IMG/VR virus record: IMGVR_UViG_2588254079_000001
Coordinates: 2,998-66,997 of that record
DNA from: a virus
Taxonomy: Duplodnaviria; Caudoviricetes
DNA: 64,000 nucleotides
Strand: one strand, 5' to 3'
The notes under the pieces were generated by a model. It worked only from the letters and a program-made list of their open reading frames with translations, did no database searches and had not been told where the DNA came from. Positions 29,465 to 38,800 of the stretch are shown piece by piece. Each line of letters opens with the position of its first letter. The first letter of the stretch is position 1. A program made the position numbers and the translations under genes.

Positions 29465-30166
29465 ATGAATGAACTGACCCAAAATATTCAAAAAATGATG
29501 GTGCCGAAGGCGGCTATCATAGCCTACAAGTATGAAGACAGAAGAAATTCTGATACCAAGTACTTCATAGAATTGCGTCCCATCGGAAAAAGCGGACAGA
29601 TGGGGGCAGGTATCCCCGTCACATACGAATTCATGAATACCCTGCTGGAATCCTATACGGAAGAAATGAGTGGGATACCGGCAGGCAGAGTCCCTGAAAA
29701 CATGCTGGCCTGCAATCCGAAAAAAGGACAGGAGGAATATATCTGGTACAATCCGCCCGGAAAGAGACAGATGTTCTTTCACAAGGATCTCAATATACAG
29801 GACGGCATGTTCAATCTGCCGGGGATTGTCTACCATGTAAAAAACGGAAGCATGGACGTGTTCGCCTTCAAGGGAAAACGTCCGGTGGAGACGACTCCGC
29901 TGTTCCGTGCCCCGTTCTTCAACGTGACCGGTTCAAGTGTCTGCCTTGGCAGCAGTTCTTTGGAAAAGCCACAGAATCCGACTTTCCTTTCCCTGCTGGA
30001 ATACTGGGAAAAACGGTTCTGGCTGACTGAATTCTCCCATCTGGGAGGAAATGTCAATCCTACCGTTTCAAATCTTGTCATCGTCACCGAGAACATAAGA
30101 AACAATCCGTTCGACATGAACGAACTCAAGCCCATGAATAAAAAACTTAAAGACATACTTCCATGA
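29465..30166 (+). CDS. PRTRC system protein B (prokaryotic E2 family D)
   Basis: IWYNPP, LFRAPFFNV..SVCLGS and FWLTEFSH motifs. Confidence 0.88.
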   Translation: MNELTQNIQKMMVPKAAIIAYKYEDRRNSDTKYFIELRPIGKSGQMGAGIPVTYEFMNTLLESYTEEMSGIPAGRVPENMLACNPKKGQEEYIWYNPPGKRQMFFHKDLNIQDGMFNLPGIVYHVKNGSMDVFAFKGKRPVETTPLFRAPFFNVTGSSVCLGSSSLEKPQNPTFLSLLEYWEKRFWLTEFSHLGGNVNPTVSNLVIVTENIRNNPFDMNELKPMNKKLKDILP

Positions 30167-30945
30167 AAAAGATACATTTTACCGACCGCTACCTGCTCAA
30201 TCCGCGTCATCCGGTAACGGTATTTGTCATCGGAGCCGGAGGTACCGGCTCACAAGTGATAACCAATCTGGCACGCATGAGCATGGCACTTCAGGCATTG
30301 GGCCATCCCGGACTGCATGTCACCGTATTCGATCCCGATACGGTAAGCCAGGCCAATATAGGACGCCAGCTTTTCAGTGAGACGGAACTGGGACTGAACA
30401 AGGCCGTATCACTTGTCACACGCATCAACCGTTTCTTCGGATACGCATGGACTACCGAACCGCAATGTTTTCCTACCAGGAATTTTTCTGAAGACAGCAC
30501 AGCAAATATCATCATTACCTGTACGGATAATATTCGTTCACGTCTTACGCTTTGGAAGTTCCTGAAGAAAGTCCGCAAAGAAAACTTCAGTGACCATTCG
30601 GCTCCCATATACTGGATGGATTTCGGGAACAGCCAGACAAAAGGACAAGTCATCATCGGGACGGTACGTGAGAAAGTTCTCCAACCTTCTTCACAGGAAT
30701 ATATTCCCATGCCTAAAATGAATGTCATCACCGAAGAAGTGGACTATGCGAAAATCAAAGAAAAAGAATCGGGACCAAGCTGTTCTCTGGCGGAAGCCCT
30801 GGAAAAACAGGATTTGTTCATTAACTCCACACTGGCACATATCGGATGTGACATATTATGGAAAATGTTCAAGGAAGGAAAAACACTATATCGCGGTGCC
30901 TATGTAAATCTGGAAACATTGAAAGTGACCGCAATCCCGGTATAA
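30163..30945 (+). CDS. PRTRC system ThiF/E1-like protein
   Basis: GAGGTGS, DPDTVSQANIGRQ, CTDN, DFGN and PSCSLAEAL motifs. Confidence 0.92.
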   Translation: MKKIHFTDRYLLNPRHPVTVFVIGAGGTGSQVITNLARMSMALQALGHPGLHVTVFDPDTVSQANIGRQLFSETELGLNKAVSLVTRINRFFGYAWTTEPQCFPTRNFSEDSTANIIITCTDNIRSRLTLWKFLKKVRKENFSDHSAPIYWMDFGNSQTKGQVIIGTVREKVLQPSSQEYIPMPKMNVITEEVDYAKIKEKESGPSCSLAEALEKQDLFINSTLAHIGCDILWKMFKEGKTLYRGAYVNLETLKVTAIPV

Positions 30946-30949
30946 TGCA

Positions 30950-30994
30950 TAAGTGACCGTATGTATCATCTTTCCATCAGAATACGGTCACTTA
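30950..30994. terminator. Probable bidirectional terminator
   Basis: TAAGTGACCGTAT...ATACGGTCACTTA between convergent genes. Confidence 0.65.
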
Positions 30995-31003
30995 TTCTAT
31001 TTG

Positions 31004-31309
31004 CTACTTATTATTTACTATGTTCTTACCTCGCTGGAGAAGGAAACTCTGTATCTCTGAGGCGAGATAGAATGATTTCCCGTTCTTTTCCACCGAGTAA
31101 TATTTAATCTTGCCCTCTTGCCTGTAACGTGCCAAAGTTCTTTGTGACACACCAAGGAGTTCTGCCAAATCCACATTATCAAGCAGTCTGTCTCCGTTCA
31201 TACATTCTTTCAGACGGTTCATCTGGTCCAGTTTCTTTTCAATGCGAGTAAATCCCTCTACCATGGTTCCTATCAGTCTTTCGAGTATCTCATTATCTAT
31301 ATATGACAT
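31004..31309 (-). CDS. HTH_17 excisionase-family protein
   Basis: LLDNVDLAELLGVSQRTLARYR; start at MSYIDNE (31309). Confidence 0.85.
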   Translation of the reverse strand: MSYIDNEILERLIGTMVEGFTRIEKKLDQMNRLKECMNGDRLLDNVDLAELLGVSQRTLARYRQEGKIKYYSVEKNGKSFYLASEIQSFLLQRGKNIVNNK

Positions 31310-31947
31310 AATTCCAATATTATAAGTGAATAAATCGATACTCTTTTCGTGCGCACTCAAGAGTATATACTCATAATAGTGAGAATAACATGCCAAACAG
31401 ATAAAGAAGATAAAAACATTTTGTATACATCTGTTAATCAGATATATAAATTTACATCTTGATTTTTCTGCTGTAAACCGAAAGTGTAAACCATTTAAAG
31501 CATAGCTATTACCAAGTTTACATTTCTATAACGACTACTTATTATACTTTGAACTGAGCTTTTAAGAGAGGTTTACTAATAGCTTTATAACGACTCAAGG
31601 TACAGAATTTAATGCCATACAGAATGTGGTAAACTATAAAACGGGAAGAATATTTGCAGTCATAACAAAGAAAAAACTCTTAGTATGACTGCAAACATAC
31701 TAAAAATAGCTACTGCAATTATTAAGTTAAATAATAAAATACACTTACTTAATCCCTATTTTTCATAAGATACTTTTATGCTTCCTGTTACTTTACCTTA
31801 ATCAATAAAATTTGCGAAAACAAGTTGAACCATTTGAAACGAACTGGGATGATGGAAGGATATTGTGGACAAACAAATACTTTTAATTCGAGTGGTCAAT
31901 TAGAGTGGATATTAGAAGCCTCTTATTACTATACTTAAAATACAATA

Positions 31948-32364
31948 TCACTCTTTCTTTCCTCTGTGGATTCCTCCTCCAAGCCACTTGGCTGTAACAA
32001 GCCAATTTTCATAATAGTAAAACCATTCTGAAATCCAGGGAATAATTTCTGTTATTTTGTGCGAAGCATTCCATTCTTCTGATGGACGATGGTAGATACA
32101 GAGATGCTGCTTATCAGTATTATAAACATGTGGCAATCCTTTTTCTCCTTCACACAGAGATAACTTATCTAGAGCAAACACATCCACATGCTTTCCTTCT
32201 TTGTAGCAAATCTTGAATTGATAAGTTCCACTTAAAGAAGATGGTTGCACGGAATACTTCCAGCAGAAACTCGTTGGAGTTTCTGCATAGAAGTGTCCGT
32301 TGGGATATGCTTGTTGCAAAAAAGCCTTCTGCTGTATTTTTGTAAATTTCTTTTCTCTTTGCAT
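31948..32364 (-). CDS. CBASS-associated stand-alone E2-like protein
   Basis: LPHVY...HLCIY (catalytic Cys)...IPWISEWFYYYE.W...WLGGG; directly abuts the CD-NTase stop. Confidence 0.8.
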   Translation of the reverse strand: MQREKKFTKIQQKAFLQQAYPNGHFYAETPTSFCWKYSVQPSSLSGTYQFKICYKEGKHVDVFALDKLSLCEGEKGLPHVYNTDKQHLCIYHRPSEEWNASHKITEIIPWISEWFYYYENWLVTAKWLGGGIHRGKKE

Positions 32365-33588
32365 TTATTCGTCTCCATGGAATGTATGAGCTTTCACAAC
32401 CGTACCAATAGTTCCTAAAGCACCTGTTATCGTAGCTCTTAATACGTTATTATCTCTGTTTTTACGTTGATTGTCGGCAATTGCACTAAAAGTCCGCTGC
32501 ACTACATCTCTACCGAAAGGTTTGTTCATAGACTCAGCAATTAATTGCAAACCACCTCTTTTTTCAATGATTTGCTCCACATCTTGCTTTACTTGTTTTA
32601 ACCATGCAAAGAAGTTTAACTGTTTCTGCGGTGTTTCTACCCATTTGTCGGCAAAGTTCTCATCAGGATTTACGGGATTACGCACAATACACAGACCGGT
32701 ATTTGGTTCACGTTCGATATATCTCTCCATACTGTTGACTACGTTTACCAACGCATCAAGAACGTCTGTTTCCTTGTTGTAAGCACGTGCTGCTAGTGTT
32801 GTGATAATAATAGAGATTGGCTTGTTTTCATCGCCGTTAAACATTAAGTCACGGTGACGTTTAAGTATCTGTACAACACGTTGCAAAGGACTTTTCTTCT
32901 CTTTATATGCTGGCACATTGCCAACTTTAGCTTCGGAAAACAAAACTGTTCTACGAGTCAATACACTGCACCTATCCTCAAACCATTTGGCATAACCAAA
33001 CGGATTGCTCTTAAGCCATTTACTACTATCTGTCTCATATTTATAGTTAGAGAGTTCCCTGTCAGTAATACGGAGAGCAAGCTTGTCAACCTGCCCTACT
33101 GACACACTGAAATATTGCTCCCGAAGGCGTGTCTTCTCGTTGTTTACACATGGAAGGATGTCCAAGTGATATTTATCGCTTGCGTTTTCTGAATTTTTAC
33201 GATATAAAAGTGTCCAACATCGACGCCCCTCTTCATCCAATAACTTCTTGTATCGTTCTGAAACCTTCAGTCTTTCGCCAACTTTTGCTTTTAAGTTTTC
33301 CGCAGTCCAGTCAGGATGCTTTTCCATCAACTCACACACTAAGTCAATATCAAGATCATCGTTCTCATTGACTGGAGTAATCATCGTTCCTAGTAGAAAC
33401 GAACCTTGTGGTTGAATCTCAGGCTTATATGGAGCTAGCGGGGAAGATTCGTCTCCAAGGAATTTGCCTACAGCCTGATAGCTGCTTACCAGCTCGTCAT
33501 ATCTTGATTCAGGCACATCCAAAGACGCACCTAAATTCTCAAAAATTTCGTTGAATTGTTTATGTTCTTCTGTTGTTAATTCTCTCAT
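32365..33588 (-). CDS. cGAS/DncV-like nucleotidyltransferase (CD-NTase)
   Basis: QGSFLLGT, DLDIDL, HLDILP, SNPFGY, KPISIIITT and NPVNPDENFADKW motifs; C-terminal FHG-DE. Confidence 0.93.
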   Translation of the reverse strand: MRELTTEEHKQFNEIFENLGASLDVPESRYDELVSSYQAVGKFLGDESSPLAPYKPEIQPQGSFLLGTMITPVNENDDLDIDLVCELMEKHPDWTAENLKAKVGERLKVSERYKKLLDEEGRRCWTLLYRKNSENASDKYHLDILPCVNNEKTRLREQYFSVSVGQVDKLALRITDRELSNYKYETDSSKWLKSNPFGYAKWFEDRCSVLTRRTVLFSEAKVGNVPAYKEKKSPLQRVVQILKRHRDLMFNGDENKPISIIITTLAARAYNKETDVLDALVNVVNSMERYIEREPNTGLCIVRNPVNPDENFADKWVETPQKQLNFFAWLKQVKQDVEQIIEKRGGLQLIAESMNKPFGRDVVQRTFSAIADNQRKNRDNNVLRATITGALGTIGTVVKAHTFHGDE

Positions 33589-33591
33589 ATC

Positions 33592-34707
33592 TTATTCAAT
33601 TATAATTGCTCTATTTTCGGTATTATTATAATAGTCGTGCAGTATTAGTTTCATGTCAGCTTTGGGCATCCAAACGTGACCGAGCATAAACGCACACGCT
33701 ACAGGCATGGCCATGTGAACCAAAATCTCATTATAGGCTGATGATGCTTTTATTTTGTCAAGCACCTCTCTAGTGAAACTTGCAAATTCATTAAGTTTTG
33801 CTTCTGTCTTTAAAAAATCATTGTTAGGATTAGTGCATGTAACTGTCCATATTGAAACATCTTGGCTAGAATATAATGTTCTAATTCTCTCCGTGATAGC
33901 TGTAGCACTCAGCGCAAACACAAGAACAGGCTGCTTGCTCTTTTCTGCTGGTTCGATAATTCTAAACTCAATGTTCTCATCACCACTCTCCTGCCATTCC
34001 CATTTCTTGGTGTCACGATGTGGCTGATATACTTTCAATTCGCGAATGTCATTAAATAACGTCCCAAGTCTTACTAACAATGGCATATCAGCAAACGGAA
34101 ATAATGAAATGTGTTTTGTTTCTGAATACTGAATACGTTGTTTTACTTCGTAGGCAAATGCAGCCTGCAGGTTGTTATCCTCTATCTCCCAAAAATTCGG
34201 ATCAGATTCCTTCATGACATTTCCCTTCATACTAATCTCTATTGCAGAACTTGCCTCTGGGTAGTATACTGGGAATAAGACCGAAGAGATAGTATTGAAC
34301 GAGAAGTCGGGAAGATGTTTCCCGATTTTGCTATAGTATGTAACTACATGACTCTTTTTGTCGTTCGCTATACCAGTCACGAGACGAATTCTGTCCTCAT
34401 GACGCTTCTTCATCCCTTCCACAATCTCTATAGTATATTTCTCAGGGTCTGAATCTATTATTTTATGACAAGCAGGACACAACAATATTATATTATTTAT
34501 ATCCTGTGCCAATGATTCTGATTTTTCACCACCACGAGGCCCATTTGGCGAATCTCCAATGATATGGCATAGTTCTCCAAAGTTCCCATACTCCTTCGTT
34601 ATATCTCCTTCATAAAGGATTTTATTGCATCCTTCAAACTCACATCGACCTGCAGCCCTGAGCCACAACAATCGCATTACTTTTTGGGGTATATTTGTTT
34701 TTGACAT
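33592..34707 (-). CDS. cap5: CBASS effector HNH-SAVED nuclease (Cap5-like)
   Basis: GRCEFEGC...CHI...NIILLCPACHKIID HNH; SAVED-like C-terminus (LFPFADMPLLVRLG, YQPHR, AMPVACAF.LG). Confidence 0.88.
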   Translation of the reverse strand: MSKTNIPQKVMRLLWLRAAGRCEFEGCNKILYEGDITKEYGNFGELCHIIGDSPNGPRGGEKSESLAQDINNIILLCPACHKIIDSDPEKYTIEIVEGMKKRHEDRIRLVTGIANDKKSHVVTYYSKIGKHLPDFSFNTISSVLFPVYYPEASSAIEISMKGNVMKESDPNFWEIEDNNLQAAFAYEVKQRIQYSETKHISLFPFADMPLLVRLGTLFNDIRELKVYQPHRDTKKWEWQESGDENIEFRIIEPAEKSKQPVLVFALSATAITERIRTLYSSQDVSIWTVTCTNPNNDFLKTEAKLNEFASFTREVLDKIKASSAYNEILVHMAMPVACAFMLGHVWMPKADMKLILHDYYNNTENRAIIIE

Positions 34708-35751
34708 TTAATCTTCGCTTTTATTGTCATTATACATACGGCTCATTGCATCTGCTGAATCTTTCATCATTTTACGCAAAGATTCAGGTGCTATAACTTC
34801 AATCTGCTCTCCAAAAGAACGAAGCAGAGAACGAAGCTCATAATTATTCTGAACTTTGAGTGTGACTTGCCAGTAACCATCTTCCATTGGGGTTGAGACA
34901 GTTGATTGGGACTCATGCAACGGTTTTGTCACAATATATCCGTAAGCTCGATTACTGACTTTAAGAATAACCTCTTCAACAGGTGCATTACTTAGTGAGA
35001 CACCAACAACATCGCTAAAATACTCTTTGAAATCTATATCCTCGGCAAGTGGCTCGTAGGATTTAGATGTTTCCTTAAAACCCTCAATTCTGTCTATTGC
35101 AAAATTGGATAGGTATTCCGAATCTTTATGCTTTCCTATGAGAAACCATCTGTTATTGTACTGCTTCAGAAAGTAAGGAGTTATAACAATAGTTCTGGCA
35201 TCTTTACCAAATGGATGATACACTATTTCGATAACCCTTTTATTTACAATAGAGTCAAAAATTGGTTTATAATACGTGTCCATACCTTTGAGATACGGAT
35301 TATACTGAAAACTTACAACCGAATCTAAAGTTTCACCTAGTTTGCTGGTGGTGTAGAGCCTTTTCTCCAAATCATCTAACCATTCGAACTGTGGTACACC
35401 TTCAAAGCGTTTTAGGAGAATCAAGGCGTTATGTATCAAGTCAAATTCTTCTTGATTTATAGGCTGTTTTTTGATAGAAGCACCTTTTTTGTGATAACGG
35501 TAATATTTACGGTGTCCATCCTGAATAGCATCAATCAACATTGCATAACCTTCTTCACTTTCAATGAACTTCAAATCTTCTTGAACTTGACGTTTCTTAA
35601 CCCCACCTCCATCTTTAGTTTCGCCATTATACAGATAAAGAGCCTCATTACATGCGTCAACAAGGTCTTCAATGTAATAACGTCTTGACCAATTGCTCAA
35701 ACATTTGTCAAGCACCTGATATCTTAATTGTGCATTTTTATTTGTTGGCAT
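34708..35751 (-). CDS. WYL-domain transcriptional regulator (wHTH-WYL-WCX)
   Basis: RYQVLDKCL, PYFLKQYNNRWFL, FAIDRI and FGEQIEVIAPESLR motifs. Confidence 0.92.
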   Translation of the reverse strand: MPTNKNAQLRYQVLDKCLSNWSRRYYIEDLVDACNEALYLYNGETKDGGGVKKRQVQEDLKFIESEEGYAMLIDAIQDGHRKYYRYHKKGASIKKQPINQEEFDLIHNALILLKRFEGVPQFEWLDDLEKRLYTTSKLGETLDSVVSFQYNPYLKGMDTYYKPIFDSIVNKRVIEIVYHPFGKDARTIVITPYFLKQYNNRWFLIGKHKDSEYLSNFAIDRIEGFKETSKSYEPLAEDIDFKEYFSDVVGVSLSNAPVEEVILKVSNRAYGYIVTKPLHESQSTVSTPMEDGYWQVTLKVQNNYELRSLLRSFGEQIEVIAPESLRKMMKDSADAMSRMYNDNKSED

Positions 35752-35776
35752 AAGCTCATTGTTTTAATTTATATGG

Positions 35777-35817
35777 CAAAATTATGCAGAAAGAGTGCAG
35801 TCTTTCTGCACTCTTTC
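35777..35817 (-). promoter_or_regulatory. Promoter box plus palindromic operator candidate for the WYL-CBASS operon
   Basis: TAATTTTG on minus at 35777-35784, abutting TGCAGAAAGA-N6-TCTTTCTGCA (35785-35810). Confidence 0.65.
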
Positions 35818-35825
35818 AAATAAAA

Positions 35826-38800
35826 TCAATTAGAACTCTTTTTTTTAGGAATATTCTTCACAACAACCTTGGAAAAAGCATCTGCACAACTCTTAATTTC
35901 TTCATATTCTGCTAGTTCTTTTGAGGATAGCCCTTCATTGGTCCAATCCTCAATATTAGTTGCATACAAACCTTTGACAGTTTTCTCTAAATATGCAGTT
36001 GTCAGAGGAACATTCAGTGTCTCAATCTCCATATTGTCAATAATTGACTTGAAATAAGCATAATCGCCATCAATAATAAATCCCATGTCAGCAGCAATAC
36101 GATAAATTGCAATCCAGTGACGTTGCTTTGTGAACGGCGACTTTTTAGGGGTGTAACCTAAAAGTTGTATTATACTCTTTCTGAGAATATCTATCCGTGT
36201 TTCTTCTGGCAGATTTCTTATATCTTCTGGTTCTGCTGCAATTTGAGTCTCATCATTCATATGATAAGGAGTAAAATCTACAATTTTACTTGTTGCTTCT
36301 ACAGGAGTATCAGAACCAGAAATATCGTGTCCATTAGCTTCTAGGGCAGTTATTGACGAACCCGTTACGTAGAAATACATGGTAAGGATTATGTTGAGTG
36401 CGGTATCTACCTCCTGCTCTGAAGCTGTTGGAGAAATATGAGACTCTTCGTTGCGCCAGCCCTTCACCAATAACAACCACTTATAGAGCTGTTGCTTGGC
36501 TTCGTCTGTGCTCCAGCGCAGGTTCCACAAGCACTTGTGAGCATAGAGCGCATCCTTCCATGAAGGAGTGTCACCTTCATTACGAGCAGAAAGTTCTTTA
36601 CCATTGATAAGGTAGTAAAGCTTTTTAAGATACGCCTCAAACTTTGTCACTAACTGATTGAATGCGATATGCTTATCCACTAGTGTAGACTTCTTAGCAT
36701 ATAGATTCTCAAATGCTCTCTGAATGAAAATGTCCACACCGTCAAGAGAGTCAATCGACTTGGTATTGATTACATAGAATACACTATTTATAATTTCCTT
36801 CTTTGAACGCATGTGGGGCAACAATGAAGGGATGCATGAAGTCAATATCTCTTCTATCTTATCTCTTACAGTTTCCAAATTGAAACCAGTCTCTACTTCG
36901 GAGTTTTTCCCTGCTGTAACAGTCACAACTTCTTCTGGTAATGTTTCAGCTTCCGATTTAACATCAACGTTTACGCCAAGATAAGCCTTCAGGATGGCTT
37001 CTCGTTTTGCTCCGTCAAGGATGAAATCGCGAAGCATCTTGTCAGCCTTTGGCCGTACCATACGAGGTGGAATTGTTGTACCTTCTATCTTTTCGAGGAA
37101 AGCGCGAGTCTTCACGCCATCAAGAGTCAGTTTAAGGTTCTCAAACTGGTTATACTCATTGATATTCTGTTCTGTCACGTCACGTCCCATGATATGGGTA
37201 AGCTGACTGAAGTTTAAGCCTGTAGCCTCTGCAAGTATCATAATCTGCTTGTGGAGCTCACGAAGCTGGTACTCTGCAATGTAATCTTGAATGGTCTTTC
37301 CTGTCTCAAGGTGAAGATCACCACTCTCTATGTCATGCAAAACCACTATTGCCGTACGCTGGTCACGCTGTGAGAGTGAGGCAAACGTCTTGTGCAATTC
37401 CTTCAAAGCCTCTTTTGTCAGTTCACTACCTGGACCATTCATATAGAGGTTCTTGACAAACTTCACAAATTTTGAGTTGATATATTCGGCATCAATAGTT
37501 CCTGTACCTGTTTCTGTGATATAGGTATCGATTGGATAGTCAAACTCTGTAGGCTCAGAGTTACCTCCTGGCTTTGACTCAAACAATTCGCGATAACGCT
37601 GTAGTAGGGTAAGATATGTTGATTCATCAATCTCCATTTTTACCTTTGTGTAGGTATCACCATGCTCAAACTCATACTCAGTCTTCTCCCAAAGGAAGCC
37701 TTGCAATTTTGCAGCTTCAAGCAAACGAGTCATCTGCACAAAGTCCTTGGCAAACATATTGCGGTCTTCGCGAGTATCAGGCAACTTTGAGAAATTCTGA
37801 ATGTTATGAGACTTAAAGATATCACTTATGTGCAGGAAATAACGATTGATGCTATCAAGGTTCTGCTCCAGTTTATCCACAAACACTCCAAGAGGTCTGT
37901 CCACATATACTTCAAGAGCATCTTCTATATTCTGCTCCATTGTGTATGGAAAAGTATAGTACTTGATGATACCAAACGGTTTGTCTGGTCCAAACAAACG
38001 ATTGGTACGTGAAAACGACTGAATTATGTCCACATATTTCATCACCTTGTCCACATACAAAGTGTTCACCCATTTTGAGTCATAACCAGTCAGCATCTGT
38101 GTTACAACGATAAGTAGGTCAATCTGTTGTTGATGATCATGTTCTATACCCAAGTAAGGCTTCTTATGTGCCAAACGCTTAGCTACATCCTTCTTGTACT
38201 TGCCGTAAGTTGCCAATGCAAAGGTTGTTTGATAGCGAGCGTTATAGTCGGTAAGCATCTCCAGTATAGCATCTTCCTTAGCAATACCTTCATCACTGTT
38301 ATCGATATTATTGTCAAATACAGTTACGGCATTTACCGATGGGTATAGTTCCTTGAATAGTTTATAATATGCGATAGCCTCTGGAATGTTTTGTGTGGCA
38401 AGGATAGCATGGAACTTGCCATTCTTGCTTGCCTGCTCACGATGTGCCACAATATCCTGTACTACAGCTAATTGATGCACTCGTTGCTGATAAATATCTT
38501 TTGGCAGATAGTGCTCGATACCATGTGTCAACTTTCCTGTCTTTGGATCATTATATGTATCTGGCATCTGTAGTTCAGAAATAAACTTGTTATACACCTT
38601 CTTCTTTTCTTCATCCTCATCTACCTCCTCGATGGAATGAACCCCGAGTTGTGCAAAAGCTGCCTTTTCACGCAGTTCATCATCTTCGTATGTGTTTACT
38701 CGATACACATCAAATCCCAGTACGTTGCCATCAGGAATACCACTTGCTATTGTGTATTTGTGCAACATGTCACCAAAGAGTGTTTCTGTAGTTATCTCGT

